Below are positions 19,380 to 30,462 of a DNA stretch of 64,000 bases, piece after piece. The notes under the pieces are model-generated. The model saw nothing but the letters and a program-made list of their open reading frames with translations. It was not told where the DNA came from and did not search any database. A program made the position numbers and the translations under genes. This stretch comes from Chamaesiphon sp. (GTDB lineage: Bacteria > Cyanobacteriota > Cyanobacteriia > Cyanobacteriales > Chamaesiphonaceae), in NCBI GenBank assembly GCA_965246715.1, contig CBDFFH010000051.1, positions 96,001 through 160,000 of the forward strand, given 5' to 3'. Every line of letters starts with the position of its first letter. The stretch's first letter is position 1.

Positions 19380-20984
19380 TTAAACCGACATTTCAGCTAC
19401 AGTCTCGACCCGATCGTTTGCCATTGCCACTTTCGCCTGAGCTTCACCTTTGAGAAACTCAGCTACTTGAGCGCCGATCTCCTGCCGCACGATGTCTCTG
19501 TACTCTAGGAAATGTTCGATTTGGGCACAGACAGCTAGATAACTACTCACCCCACCTGGATTGACCTGCAACATGCTCCAGAGGTTGCGCCAAAACTGCC
19601 AACGGGTGGAACGCACCACGCCTTGTCGCCAGCAGATGATGAGGAAAGCACGAATTACCATCAAACTAATCGGTTTCTTGCGACCTGCGCCCTTATCGGG
19701 ATATGTAGCTTCGCCGAGGGTCAGGAAGTGACGGTAAGTGCGATCGAGGAATTTAGATGGTTCGTATAGCTCATCGAAGGCATCCATATACTCATAAGCA
19801 ATCTCTTCCAACGGACGAGTGGGGACGAAGTTCATCAACGTAGTTTGGTTGATGTTCCCATCCGTACCGCGCAGCCGTCCTTCGCGGGTGAGGCGATGCC
19901 ACAGTGCAGTATCGGGTAAGGCTTGGAGCATACTAAATACCGCAGTTGGGATATTCGTCAGCTCGACGAATTGCACGATGCGTTTGCCTGCGCCGGTCTT
20001 CTCACCATCAAAACCGATGATAAAGCCAGCCATCACGCGGATCCCGGATTTAGCGATCTTGTTAACTGCATCGCTGAGGGAACTGCGAGTATTTTGGTGT
20101 TTCTGAGTCAGTGCTAGACTTTCTTCATCGGGAGTTTCGATGCCCAGGAATACTGCACCAAAGTTACATTTGACCATGCTATCCATCAGCTCTTGGTCGG
20201 TTGCCAAGTCTACCGAAGCCTCGGTTGCAAATGAGAAGGGATATTTATGTTCGACCATCCACGGCAATAGTGCTTCTAAGAATAGTTTCACATTGCGCTT
20301 GTTGCCGATGAAGTTGTCATCGACCATAAAGATACTCCTGCGCCAGCCGAGTTCGTACAGCCTGTCCAGTTCTGCTAATAGCTGCTCTGGGGCTTTCGTC
20401 CGAGGTTTGCGCCCGTAGAGAACGATAATATCGCAGAACTCACATTGGAACGGGCAACCGCGCGAAAACTGGACGGACATCTCCGCGTAAGCGTCGAATT
20501 CGAGTAGGTCGAACCGAGGGATCGGCGTAGTTGTTACGTCAGGTCGATCGCCATTGGGTGCGCGGAAGGTGCCTGACGGTTTACCCTGTGAGATCGCTTC
20601 CACAAATAGCGGGATGGTCAGTTCGCCTTCATCTAAGATTAAATAATCAGCAGCGGCGACTTCCTGGGGTAATGCTGTAGGGTAAGGGCCACCGATCGCG
20701 ACTTTTTTGCCACGGAGCTTGGCTTCATGGATTTTGGCGAGTAAGTCTTCTTTCTGAACGATCATTGCCGAGCAAATGACCAGTTCCGACCAATCCCATT
20801 CGGCTTCGGTGACTTCGCGAACGTTGATATCGACGAGTTTAAAATTCCACTCTTGGGGCAAAATTGCCGCGACAGTTACCAACCCCAATGGTGGTAACAT
20901 CGCTTTGCGCCCGAGTAATTCGATCGTCTTCTCGAACGACCAAAAGCTCTTGGGGAAACGGGGATAGATCAGCAGAACATTCAT
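19380..20984 (-). CDS. B12-binding radical SAM protein (DUF4070 C-terminus)
   Basis: PPLGLVTVAA B12-binding domain; SRGCPFQCEFC CxxxCxxC; ATG at 20984 preferred. Confidence 0.92.
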   Translation of the reverse strand: MNVLLIYPRFPKSFWSFEKTIELLGRKAMLPPLGLVTVAAILPQEWNFKLVDINVREVTEAEWDWSELVICSAMIVQKEDLLAKIHEAKLRGKKVAIGGPYPTALPQEVAAADYLILDEGELTIPLFVEAISQGKPSGTFRAPNGDRPDVTTTPIPRFDLLEFDAYAEMSVQFSRGCPFQCEFCDIIVLYGRKPRTKAPEQLLAELDRLYELGWRRSIFMVDDNFIGNKRNVKLFLEALLPWMVEHKYPFSFATEASVDLATDQELMDSMVKCNFGAVFLGIETPDEESLALTQKHQNTRSSLSDAVNKIAKSGIRVMAGFIIGFDGEKTGAGKRIVQFVELTNIPTAVFSMLQALPDTALWHRLTREGRLRGTDGNINQTTLMNFVPTRPLEEIAYEYMDAFDELYEPSKFLDRTYRHFLTLGEATYPDKGAGRKKPISLMVIRAFLIICWRQGVVRSTRWQFWRNLWSMLQVNPGGVSSYLAVCAQIEHFLEYRDIVRQEIGAQVAEFLKGEAQAKVAMANDRVETVAEMSV

Positions 20985-21366
20985 CAAAAAATCTCCAATT
21001 AACGGCATTCCCCGCTAGGTGGAATGATTTATACGAAGTACAGCAAAGAATTGGCACTATGGCTAATTGACTCTAGTTTAGTAGGTTTTGTTTCATAAAT
21101 AACATTTGGCTGGGGAGAGCATTATGGCTTAGATCGGGCATTTTTCATCAGCAATACTCATTTCTCATTACTTACCGCGAACGCGTACTTCAGTATTATT
21201 ACTGACTGTCGAAGTTGTCGATCGGGTAGTTGCTAGTTCCGAGATCGATCGCGTACAACGGGCATTTTACCGAACTGAAAATCGCAGCCGAGCCGGAAGG
21301 AGGGTGGTTCGCGCTTAGAAACTATGACAAACTAATAGCTATCGTTCTGGGTGCGAGGATAATCTA

Positions 21367-22539
21367 GTGAATTACGATTTCAAAGAACTGGCAAAATTAC
21401 ATAAAGATACACTCGTAAATAATGTCCTACCCTTTTGGGAACAAAACTCGATCGATTGGGACTGCGGTGGCTATTTCACCTGTCTCGATCGGGCTGGCAA
21501 GGTCTACGATACCGATAAATTTATCTGGCTGCAAAATCGGCAGGTGTGGACATTCTCGATGTTATACAACCAGCTAGAGCCACGTAGTGAGTGGTTAAAA
21601 ATTGCCGGACATGGCGCGAATTTCCTCGCCGAACACGGACGCGATGCTCAGGGGAATTGGTATTTTTCACTCGATCGAGCTGGCAATCCGCTGGTGCAAC
21701 CCTATAATATTTTCTCCGACTGTTTTGCTGCGATGGCCTTCAGTCAATATGCACTCGCTGATGGCGAATCTTGGGCGAAGGATGTCGCGCTGCAAGCCTA
21801 TCAAAATGTGTTACGGCGCAAGGATGACCCCAAGGGCAAATATAACAAGACCTATCCAGGGACGCGATCGCTCAAATCGCTGGCAGTGCCGATGATTCTA
21901 GCTAATCTGACGCTGGAAATGGCGTGGTTACTGCCGGAGGCCGAGCTAGACCGCGTGTTGGATGTGACGGTGCAGGAAGTAATGCATGATTTCCTCGACC
22001 AAGAGCGAGGACTGATGTTCGAAAATGTCGCTCCTGATGGTAGTCATGTCGATTGTTTTGAAGGTCGATCGATTAATCCCGGACATGGGATCGAAGCGAT
22101 GTGGTTTATTATGGATATCGCCAATCGGCGGCAAGATCGGGCGACGATCGATCGGGCGGTAGATGTGGTGCTAAATATCCTCAATTTTGCTTGGGATGAA
22201 AAGTACGGGGGCATCTACTATTTCATGGACGCTGACGGTCATCCGCCGCAGCAATTGGAATGGAATCAAAAATTGTGGTGGGTACATGCCGAAACATTAG
22301 TAGCACTAGCAATGGGGTATCGGCTCACTGGTAGGGAAGAATGCTGGAACTGGTATCAACGTGTACATGATTACACCTGGGCGCATTTTGCAGATCCCGA
22401 GCAGGGTGAGTGGTTTGGTTATCTCGATCGGCAAGGCGAAGTATTATTGGATCTCAAGGGTGGGAAATGGAAAGGCTGTTTCCATGTACCAAGAGCATTA
22501 TTTATGTGCTGGCAACAATTTGCGGCACTGACTCAGTAG
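21367..22539 (+). CDS. N-acylglucosamine 2-epimerase (AGE family)
   Basis: [36 protein letters not shown]. Confidence 0.92.
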   Translation: MNYDFKELAKLHKDTLVNNVLPFWEQNSIDWDCGGYFTCLDRAGKVYDTDKFIWLQNRQVWTFSMLYNQLEPRSEWLKIAGHGANFLAEHGRDAQGNWYFSLDRAGNPLVQPYNIFSDCFAAMAFSQYALADGESWAKDVALQAYQNVLRRKDDPKGKYNKTYPGTRSLKSLAVPMILANLTLEMAWLLPEAELDRVLDVTVQEVMHDFLDQERGLMFENVAPDGSHVDCFEGRSINPGHGIEAMWFIMDIANRRQDRATIDRAVDVVLNILNFAWDEKYGGIYYFMDADGHPPQQLEWNQKLWWVHAETLVALAMGYRLTGREECWNWYQRVHDYTWAHFADPEQGEWFGYLDRQGEVLLDLKGGKWKGCFHVPRALFMCWQQFAALTQ

Positions 22540-22860
22540 CCTATTTGCTATCCGCCACATGACTGAAAAAAGACAGGCTGTGGCACGATCCCGATCGCCA
22601 TGCGGATCGTTCGATCGATAATTGTAATCACTGACATAACGATCGCCACACCAGCAATGAGCGATCGCTAAATCGCTCCAGGCGAGGGCAATGTTAACTC
22701 GGAATCGCCGCCAGATCGTTCGCAGACATTCTAGTGATGACAATCTCGTCCATCGCTCGCCATCATCAAAAGTTTTTTCGTCCGGTTTTAGGAGTCGATC
22801 GGCCGAATAGTGATAACAGAGTTGGTCAACAATCATCATTATAAATCTAAGGAATTGGAC

Positions 22861-24798
22861 ATGATTCGCATTCTCCTGGTGGATGACCAGAAGAGCATTC
22901 GGGAACGGCTCAAGTCGCTACTAGAGACTGAGGCGGATTTTGACATCGTTGGCATGGTCGATAACGGCTACGACGCGATCGAACAGGTGAAATTACTCCT
23001 GCCGGATGTTGTCTTGATGGATATGGAGATGCCGGATATCGATGGCGTACTGGCGACCAAAATTATCGTGCATAGTTCGCTCAAAACTAAAGTATTGGTC
23101 GTGACTAGCTATGATAGTCACGACTATGTTGCCAAGTCGATTTATGCTGGTGCTAAAGGTTATATTCTCAAAGGTGCTCCCGCCGAAGAAATCCGCGAAG
23201 CAATTCGGTTTGTCAATCGTGGCTACATGCAGATTGCGCCGGGATTATTTGAGAAATTTATGCCCAGCACTAATAACGATGAAGCTGGGACATTGGAACT
23301 CAAGCCTCGAGAATTGAGTAGGTCGCTCCCAACCATCGAGCGCCGCGACTTTGCCGATAAATTAGAATTGACAGGTCTCGGTACGATCCAAAAGGCCAAG
23401 TCCAAATCGACGTTGTCAGTTCCAGACTTCGAGCAGCCTTCGGAACTGATTTTAGACATTACCGCATTGCAGCCCCCCCGAAAATCGATCGGGTGGTATC
23501 AAGCTGCTGCACTAGTAATTGCTGGATTGGGCATGACCTTCTCACTCTATCTGCTGCGGCAAGGCTTAAATAAACCTGCCACCGTTCCCAGCCAGCAAGA
23601 ACAGGCAGGACGACTGCACGATCTACCGTTTACTGGCAAAATCGAACCGTTGCACGTTACCAAGATCGATGCCACCAGTCCGGGATTTCTCGGTACGGTG
23701 CATGTCAAAATCGGGCAAACTGTCAAATCTGGCGATCGATTGTTAACCATTCGCAATAGTGAAGCCGAGCGATCGAATCAAGCCAAACTGCTTCAGCACA
23801 AGGAAGCCATCGCCGCCCAAAAACAATCCATCCAACAACAACAATCCATCCAACAACAACAATCACTCCAACAGCAACAAACCCTCAGCGGCGAACGCCA
23901 AGCCGCCACGGATCGGGTTAATACAGTCAAACTCTCGATCGCCAATTACGAACGGAATCTCGCCCCACTGCGCCAACAAGTAGCTACTGCTAATGTCCGA
24001 GTTAATGTCGCAGCACAACCCGATCCGCTGCCACTGAAGCAAAAACGTGAGGCCATTATCCGCGCACAAGCGATCTACGAGCGGACATTAGCTACTTATC
24101 AACGTCTGGCGCAGTATCAAAAGGAGGGCGCAATTTCGCAAGAACGCGTCGAACAAGCCGAAAAAGAAATGACCGTGGCTAAATCCGATCTAAATATCGC
24201 TCAGTCGGACTATGATAGTGCGATCGCCGCTGCACGATCGGCAACTACCAAGCAAGCCGCACAGACTCAAGCTACCCGCCTCCAACAAGAACTCTCACTC
24301 AAAGAACAAGCCGGACAACTCCAACAACTCCAAGCCCAATTAAAAACCGCCGAATCAGACGAGCGACAAATTGCCGCGAGATTAAAGCAACTCCAACAGC
24401 GACAATTTACTCCAACTAGCCTACCAGTCATTCCCCCGCCGATCCTCGAACCCTTGACGATCGAAGTTACCGCGCCGGTTGCTGGCACTGTCCTCGAACT
24501 GCCGATGTCTCCTGGAGATCGCGTCTTTGCTGGTAGTAAATTATTGGGTCTAGCCAATACCCACAAGCTGAAGATCGGCGTAGATCTAGACCCACAACAA
24601 GCCGCTCTGCTAAAATCCGGACAGCGCGCTGTCGTCAAAGTCGGGACAGAGATGGAAAATCAAGAAGCGATCGGTCTAGTTACCACGATCGCCCCGCCGA
24701 TCGATCGATCGACCCAACATATCGAAGTCGAATTCACCAATCTCAAATCTACCTTATTAGTTGGGCAATTTGGTACGGTTTATTTTCCGAAGAAGTGA
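22861..24798 (+). CDS. Receiver domain - TM - HlyD-type membrane fusion protein chimera
   Basis: MIRILLVDD...LMDMEMP...GAKGYILK receiver; TM WYQAAALVIAGLGMTFSLYLL; VKIGQTVKSGD and VTAPVAGTV lipoyl halves around a Q-rich coiled coil. Confidence 0.85.
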   Translation: MIRILLVDDQKSIRERLKSLLETEADFDIVGMVDNGYDAIEQVKLLLPDVVLMDMEMPDIDGVLATKIIVHSSLKTKVLVVTSYDSHDYVAKSIYAGAKGYILKGAPAEEIREAIRFVNRGYMQIAPGLFEKFMPSTNNDEAGTLELKPRELSRSLPTIERRDFADKLELTGLGTIQKAKSKSTLSVPDFEQPSELILDITALQPPRKSIGWYQAAALVIAGLGMTFSLYLLRQGLNKPATVPSQQEQAGRLHDLPFTGKIEPLHVTKIDATSPGFLGTVHVKIGQTVKSGDRLLTIRNSEAERSNQAKLLQHKEAIAAQKQSIQQQQSIQQQQSLQQQQTLSGERQAATDRVNTVKLSIANYERNLAPLRQQVATANVRVNVAAQPDPLPLKQKREAIIRAQAIYERTLATYQRLAQYQKEGAISQERVEQAEKEMTVAKSDLNIAQSDYDSAIAAARSATTKQAAQTQATRLQQELSLKEQAGQLQQLQAQLKTAESDERQIAARLKQLQQRQFTPTSLPVIPPPILEPLTIEVTAPVAGTVLELPMSPGDRVFAGSKLLGLANTHKLKIGVDLDPQQAALLKSGQRAVVKVGTEMENQEAIGLVTTIAPPIDRSTQHIEVEFTNLKSTLLVGQFGTVYFPKK

Positions 24799-24900
24799 AT
24801 AGTGGCTAGTGGCTAACAGTAAATGACGTGCTAGCAAATCATTTACTGTTAGCCTAGATAAGATTTACACAAGATCGTTTACGAGGTACCAATAACAATC

Positions 24901-24927
24901 CACTATTCACTATTCACTATTCACTAC
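24901..24927. repeat. Heptamer tandem repeat (CACTATT)n
   Basis: Three full units plus one partial unit directly before the pelF ATG. Confidence 0.75.
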
Positions 24928-24929
24928 CC

Positions 24930-26435
24930 ATGAAGCCCCGCATCTTACTGACAACCGAAGGTACTTACCCATTTTTGGGTGGGGGTGTCAGTACCTGGTG
25001 CCACGAGCTAACGCAACAGATGCCAGAGATGGATTTCAAGATTTTTGCGATCGTTGCCAATCCTTATCTCCAACAACATTACCAATTATCTGCCAACGTC
25101 ACGCAAGTCTTGAAGGTGCCCTTATGGGGGATGGAAGATCCGATCGAATTTGGATGGCGCTTTCCGTTTTCGCGTGCGCTCAAGAGCAAAATTGCGACGA
25201 CGGGAACGGTGATTAGCAACAGGTTTATCCCGATTTTTGAGCGATTGATGACGGGGGTCCTGTTACCCGATCTGATGGATATCGATACGCTCGGGCAAAC
25301 GATCGTCTCGATTCATGAATATTTCCTCCGCTATGATTATCACAACACGATGACCTCGATCGAGGTCTGGGATAGCTTTCAACACTTAGTTGCTACAGCT
25401 TGGCAATCACAGATCAAACCAGAGCGGATTACCCTAGGTGAAATCGCCGAAACGCTCAAATTACTCTATCGGTTGTTAATTCCGATCCACGTGCCCATTC
25501 CGTCAGTCGATTTGATTCACTCTTCGGCGGCCAGTTACTGTGGTTTGCCAGGGATCGTTGGTAAGCTCAAACACGGCATTCCTTATCTGCTCACCGAGCA
25601 TGGGATTAATATTCGCGAGCAATATCTCAATTTGCGCACGTCGATTCCATCCTTATTCGTGCGTCGCTTTTTGCATTATTTAGTTAGTGCGATGGTGAAA
25701 TTAAACTATCACTTTGCCGATATCGTCTCGCCCGTATGTAGCTACAATACTCGCTGGCAAAAATGGTGGGATGTACCGCCCGAAAAAATCAAAATTATTT
25801 ATAATGGTGCCGATCCAGTAAAATTCAAGCCTCAAGATTATCCACCCAATAGTCATCCGGTGGTAATGAATATGGGATTGATTTTTTCACTTAAAGGTCA
25901 GTTAACACTAATCGAAGCTGCCGCGATCGTCCGAGATAAGTTTCCCGATGTCGAATTTAGATTTTATGGTAAACCATCAGATTTAGATTATTATGCGCGC
26001 TGTCAGGCCAAAGTCAAAGAATGCAAGTTAGAAAACACTGTTAATTTTGCTGGCTTTACTAATGAGCCGTGGCGAGTTTATGGCGAGGCAGATATCGTCG
26101 CAATGTCGAGTATTTCGGAAGGATTTCCATATGCAGTGATTGAAGCAATGTTGTGCGAAGCTGCGATCGTCTCGACTGATGTGGGTGGTGTTGGTGAAGC
26201 ACTAGGAGATACGGGCTTATTAGTTCCTGCCAATCAACCATTAGCTCTAGCAGCAGCGCTGATCGAACTCCTCAGCATCACTCCCGCACAACGCCGCGAT
26301 CTCGGTCAAAAATCTCGCCAGCGCGCTCTAGCAATGTTCACCCAAAAAAAATGCATCCAAACCCATTTAGACACCTATAATCATTTGATTCGTCAAGCGC
26401 GGATTGTTGGATTACAGCATGAGAAAAAACGATGA
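24930..26435 (+). CDS. pelF: PelF-like GT4 glycosyltransferase (DUF3492 N-terminus)
   Basis: EGTYPFLGGGVSTW, LLTEHGIN.RE, SSISEGFPYAVIEAM. Confidence 0.85.
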   Translation: MKPRILLTTEGTYPFLGGGVSTWCHELTQQMPEMDFKIFAIVANPYLQQHYQLSANVTQVLKVPLWGMEDPIEFGWRFPFSRALKSKIATTGTVISNRFIPIFERLMTGVLLPDLMDIDTLGQTIVSIHEYFLRYDYHNTMTSIEVWDSFQHLVATAWQSQIKPERITLGEIAETLKLLYRLLIPIHVPIPSVDLIHSSAASYCGLPGIVGKLKHGIPYLLTEHGINIREQYLNLRTSIPSLFVRRFLHYLVSAMVKLNYHFADIVSPVCSYNTRWQKWWDVPPEKIKIIYNGADPVKFKPQDYPPNSHPVVMNMGLIFSLKGQLTLIEAAAIVRDKFPDVEFRFYGKPSDLDYYARCQAKVKECKLENTVNFAGFTNEPWRVYGEADIVAMSSISEGFPYAVIEAMLCEAAIVSTDVGGVGEALGDTGLLVPANQPLALAAALIELLSITPAQRRDLGQKSRQRALAMFTQKKCIQTHLDTYNHLIRQARIVGLQHEKKR

Positions 26436-27973
26436 ATAATCACGCACTGCAAAATTTAATCGATTCAATTTATCGTAATTATCCCAATGTTTGCGATCCG
26501 TGGGAAGTCGTGGCGATCGTCGAAGCATTAGGTTATACCGACAAAACAATTGAAGTAGAATTTGGTTGCCCGAATGCTTTAGTACTCGGACAGTTTATTT
26601 ATGCTCAACGAGATTTAGCACCCTTTGTAGAACCAGTAGAACGTGTTGTCAAAGCACCACCGACACTCGTTGAAGAGATAAATATATTTATTACTCAATT
26701 TTCGCATAGTTTCGTCTATACTATTCCGTTTATTATTCTATTAATTCTTAATTATTTGCCACTCGATACGCGGATCGATTTATTACCACCGGAACTCAAT
26801 TCTTTGTTTGGATTTGTCACGATGGCTAGTCTGATTACTAGCAGTGGCTTCGTACAGATGATCGGTCGCCGGGGCTTATTTTATATGGGATTAAAAGATC
26901 CCATTCAAGCTAATCGGATTTGTACGCCAATCTTATCGATGGGCGTTTTTACGACGATCGTGTTTGCGTCGATCGGGATGGTATTTGGATTTTATCAAGG
27001 AGTGGCAGCGGATAAATATATTATCGTCGCCGGGATTTATTATACAGTCCTCAGCACGATTTGGATGCTGTTTGCCATCGTCGGTCTGCAATATCGATTT
27101 GCCGCACCAGCGATCTTGATTGGGATAACTTGTTGCTTTTTCGTGTTGAGAGTATTTATTAAATTGAGTGCTTTAGAAGCCCAAGTCGTGACGATCGCGG
27201 TCGCCTTTATCTCGTTATCGATTCTATCGCTCTCTAATCGGTTCAAGTATCGATCGACTGCACCTAAATTTGGTAAGTTGGTGCCCTTACCAAACTTAAG
27301 TATTTTAATTTACTTGTTGATTCCATACTTTATGTATGGCATTATTTATTTTGGATTTATTTTTGCCGATCGATTAGTTGCGACCATCACTACTGTCGGT
27401 ACTTATAGTTTGTTATCAGGACAAAATTTAGATTATCAAGATAGTATGGATTTAGCGCTGCTAAATCTCCTAATTATCGTCCCATTAGTTGAATACTTTA
27501 GCTACAAGTTTATTATCTTCTGGTACGAACGTGCCAAACATATGACGCTAGCGGAAGTCGATAGTTTGGCTTGGCGGCTTCAGAAAAAATACTGGTCTTC
27601 AATCGGTCGGATCTGGTTATGTTTTGGACTACTAATGTCGATTACTTTGATTTTAATCTCGGTATTACATCGAGGTTTAAATGAGAGTATTTTGACGATC
27701 GTTGGTTGTTTTGGCTATTTATGTTTTGCAATTGGCTTATTCAACACGATCGTCTTGCTCAGTCTCGATCGCTTACAAGATGTGCTAGGCATTTTAGCAA
27801 CAGCAATGTCGATTAATTTTGTTTTGGGCTATTTACTCGCCAGTTTGTTTGGTGTATATTTAGCCTCGTTTGGTTTGGTTGTCGGCGCAGTTATCTTTGC
27901 GATCGCCTCGAGTCAAAAAATTCTCAAAGCGATCGCCCGAGCGGACTACTGCTATTTTTATAGTGGGTATTGA
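26432..27973 (+). CDS. Multi-pass membrane protein, PelG-like polysaccharide exporter
   Basis: About 12 hydrophobic segments; ATGA overlap with pelF; FIFADRLV motif; aromatic C-terminus DYCYFYSGY. Confidence 0.65.
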   Translation: MNNHALQNLIDSIYRNYPNVCDPWEVVAIVEALGYTDKTIEVEFGCPNALVLGQFIYAQRDLAPFVEPVERVVKAPPTLVEEINIFITQFSHSFVYTIPFIILLILNYLPLDTRIDLLPPELNSLFGFVTMASLITSSGFVQMIGRRGLFYMGLKDPIQANRICTPILSMGVFTTIVFASIGMVFGFYQGVAADKYIIVAGIYYTVLSTIWMLFAIVGLQYRFAAPAILIGITCCFFVLRVFIKLSALEAQVVTIAVAFISLSILSLSNRFKYRSTAPKFGKLVPLPNLSILIYLLIPYFMYGIIYFGFIFADRLVATITTVGTYSLLSGQNLDYQDSMDLALLNLLIIVPLVEYFSYKFIIFWYERAKHMTLAEVDSLAWRLQKKYWSSIGRIWLCFGLLMSITLILISVLHRGLNESILTIVGCFGYLCFAIGLFNTIVLLSLDRLQDVLGILATAMSINFVLGYLLASLFGVYLASFGLVVGAVIFAIASSQKILKAIARADYCYFYSGY

Positions 27974-27994
27974 GTCGGGAATAGATCGATCGTG

Positions 27995-29083
27995 TTATGA
28001 ATGCAAGAATTCCATAATGTCACCTTCTTGGACGAGATATTCTTTCCCCTCACTACGAAGCAAACCTTTCTCCTTAGCGGCTTGGAGCGAGCCTGTCGCA
28101 ACCATATCATCATAGGAAATCGTTTTGGCCCGGATAAATCCTTTCTCGAAATCGGAGTGGATGATCCCCGCCGCTTGTGGCGCTAACATGCCTACATTAA
28201 TCGTCCAGGCACGAGTTTCTTTTGGCCCAACGGTAAAATAGGTACGCAGTCCGAGCAAGTAATAAGTAGCTCGAATTAGCGATTTTAGCCCACCTTCTGC
28301 GACACCTAACGATTCCAGAAACTCCGCTTTTTCTGCATCTGGCAAGTCGAGCAGTTCGGCTTCTACTTGGGCGGATACGATTACAACCTGGGCGTTTTCC
28401 TCAGTGGCGATCGCGCGCACTCGATCGACAAATTCATTACCCGTCGCTAAGTCCCCTTCAGACACATTTGCCGCATAAATAATCGGCTTGCGCGTCAGCA
28501 ATCCCAACCCTTTAATCGTTTCGCTCTCTTCTTCGCTCAGCTCGACTTGACGCGCTGGTTTGCCAGCATTGAGCGCTATGAGGAGTTTTTCTAGTGCGCC
28601 GACTTCGAGTTGCGCCTCTTTACTCGTGCGCGCCATCTTCCTGGCACGTTCGATCCGTTTCTCGATTTGCTCGATATCGGCGAGGATCAGTTCGAGATTG
28701 ATGATTTCGATGTCTCGTTTGGGTTCGACGGAGCCAGAGACGTGGATGATATCGTCGTCTTCAAAGCAACGCACGACTTGAACGATGGTATCGACTTCGC
28801 GGATGTGCGAGAGAAATTTGCTCCCTAGTCCTTCGCCCTGACTGGCTCCTTTGACTAAGCCAGCGATATCGACAAATTCTACCCGCGTGGGGACGACATT
28901 CTCGGATTGAGCGATTGTTGAGAGGATCTGCAACCGTTCGTCGGGTACAGCCACGCTCCCAACGTTTGGTTCGATCGTGCAAAAGGGATAGTTAGCAGCT
29001 TCGGCTTTTGCATTGGCAACTAGGGCATTAAATAAGGTCGATTTGCCCACATTCGGCAGTCCAACGATTCCGGCTTTCAGCAT
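27995..29083 (-). CDS. ychF: Redox-regulated ATPase YchF
   Basis: [40 protein letters not shown] domain. Confidence 0.97.
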   Translation of the reverse strand: MLKAGIVGLPNVGKSTLFNALVANAKAEAANYPFCTIEPNVGSVAVPDERLQILSTIAQSENVVPTRVEFVDIAGLVKGASQGEGLGSKFLSHIREVDTIVQVVRCFEDDDIIHVSGSVEPKRDIEIINLELILADIEQIEKRIERARKMARTSKEAQLEVGALEKLLIALNAGKPARQVELSEEESETIKGLGLLTRKPIIYAANVSEGDLATGNEFVDRVRAIATEENAQVVIVSAQVEAELLDLPDAEKAEFLESLGVAEGGLKSLIRATYYLLGLRTYFTVGPKETRAWTINVGMLAPQAAGIIHSDFEKGFIRAKTISYDDMVATGSLQAAKEKGLLRSEGKEYLVQEGDIMEFLHS

Positions 29084-29284
29084 TTTTTTGGTTGAGGTGA
29101 TGACAATTCTCCTCGATCGATTATAAGCGATCGAGGCGGGGAGTAATTAAGAGTCGCTGTTTGGTAACAGGTTAAGATTAGGTGAACCGCTCGATCGAAT
29201 CCGGAGATTGTCATTTAGGCGTAGAAATTTCCGATCGTTCGACAAGGCTGGTTGGCCTGTCTGGTTTATTGAATAATACTTATT

Positions 29285-30217
29285 ATGCCGCAAGCGTTAA
29301 ACCCATACCTTACTAATGATGGTTCCTATACCTTCTTCTCGCCAGAGTTCGGGCAGACTTTTCATAGCAAATATGGTGCCAAAGAAGAATCGATCTATAA
29401 GTTTTCGATTCCCACCTTACTCGCTGACAAAGCTAGCCGAGGGCAGCTGCGCATCTTAGATATTTGTTATGGACTCGGTTACAATACCGCTGCGGCATTA
29501 TCGACGATCTGGCGATCTCATCCCGATTGTCACGTTGAAATTATCGCCCTCGAACTCGATCGTACCGTACCCACTGCCGCGATCGAGCATCAGTTATTAG
29601 CGGGCTGGGAGGAGCCGATCCCGCAACTATTGACACGATTTGCACAGGATGAGAGCCTTGAGATCGATCGATTACAAGCACGACTAATCTTCGGTGATGC
29701 CCGCCAAACGATCGATCGAGTCCGCGAATCGGGATTTCAAGCCGATGCCATTTTTCTCGATCCGTTTTCACCACTTTCCTGTCCCCAACTGTGGACGATC
29801 GAATTTATCGATCGAGTGGCACACTGTTGCGCTCCAGACGGCAGGATTGCGACTTATTCATGCGCTGCAGCAGTGCGGACAGCGCTGCACGCAGCTGGCT
29901 TACATGTGGCAGATACTATTCCCGTCGGCAGAAAAGCCCCAGGCACGATCGCGAGTTTCAGCCCCGCAGGATTGCCCCCATTATCTACACAAGAACTAGA
30001 ACATCTCCAAACCCGCGCCGCAATTCCTTATCGCGATCCGACATTAACGGATTCAATGGCCAAAATCCTGATCCGACGCGAATTGGAACAGGATGATTGT
30101 GGCTTGGAAACGACCTCACAATGGAAAAAGCGATGGCGGACTCAGCACCTACCAGATCGATCGGTACAGATCGAAACGTCTCGATCAGCCTTAAAAACAC
30201 AACAGCCCCAGGAATAA
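29285..30217 (+). CDS. MnmC-type SAM-dependent tRNA methyltransferase domain protein
   Basis: TNDGSYT..S..FGQTFHS..GA..ES, ICYGLGYN, FLDPFSP..CPQLWT, ATYS. Confidence 0.85.
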   Translation: MPQALNPYLTNDGSYTFFSPEFGQTFHSKYGAKEESIYKFSIPTLLADKASRGQLRILDICYGLGYNTAAALSTIWRSHPDCHVEIIALELDRTVPTAAIEHQLLAGWEEPIPQLLTRFAQDESLEIDRLQARLIFGDARQTIDRVRESGFQADAIFLDPFSPLSCPQLWTIEFIDRVAHCCAPDGRIATYSCAAAVRTALHAAGLHVADTIPVGRKAPGTIASFSPAGLPPLSTQELEHLQTRAAIPYRDPTLTDSMAKILIRRELEQDDCGLETTSQWKKRWRTQHLPDRSVQIETSRSALKTQQPQE

Positions 30218-30244
30218 TATCCCAAGGCTGAAACTTAGTCGTAA

Positions 30245-30326
30245 TGCGGATAAAAGGACTTGAACCTTCACTTCTTGCGAAACCAGAACCTAAATCTGGC
30301 GCGTCTACCAATTCCGCCATATCCGC
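30245..30326 (-). tRNA. trnL: tRNA-Leu (anticodon TAG)
   Basis: GCGGATATGGCGGAATTGGTAGACGCGCCAGATTTAGGTTCTGG...GGTTCAAGTCCTTTTATCCGCA; long variable arm; CCA not encoded. Confidence 0.96.
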
Positions 30327-30462
30327 GCAATGTTTTTCATTATAGCACATGTATTCTGCAAAGTAAAATAATTAGAGCGCTACCTGGCACGATCGAACCC
30401 GTTTAAACTAATAATTGCGGCCTAACTCGATTCTCATTCCGAGCGGCGCGATCGACAAATCA

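Noticed and set aside
19380..20984. Hopanoid C-2 methylase HpnP
   Set aside because: Same architecture, but cyanobacteria have non-HpnP paralogs and there is no hpn context; needs phylogeny
22498..22839. 113-aa minus-strand ORF
   Set aside because: Overlaps the upstream gene and the extended downstream ORF; its composition reflects CGATCG-rich intergenic DNA
30245..30326. Integration site at tRNA-Leu
   Set aside because: No integrase and no duplicated tRNA 3' end seen; flanks are housekeeping genes
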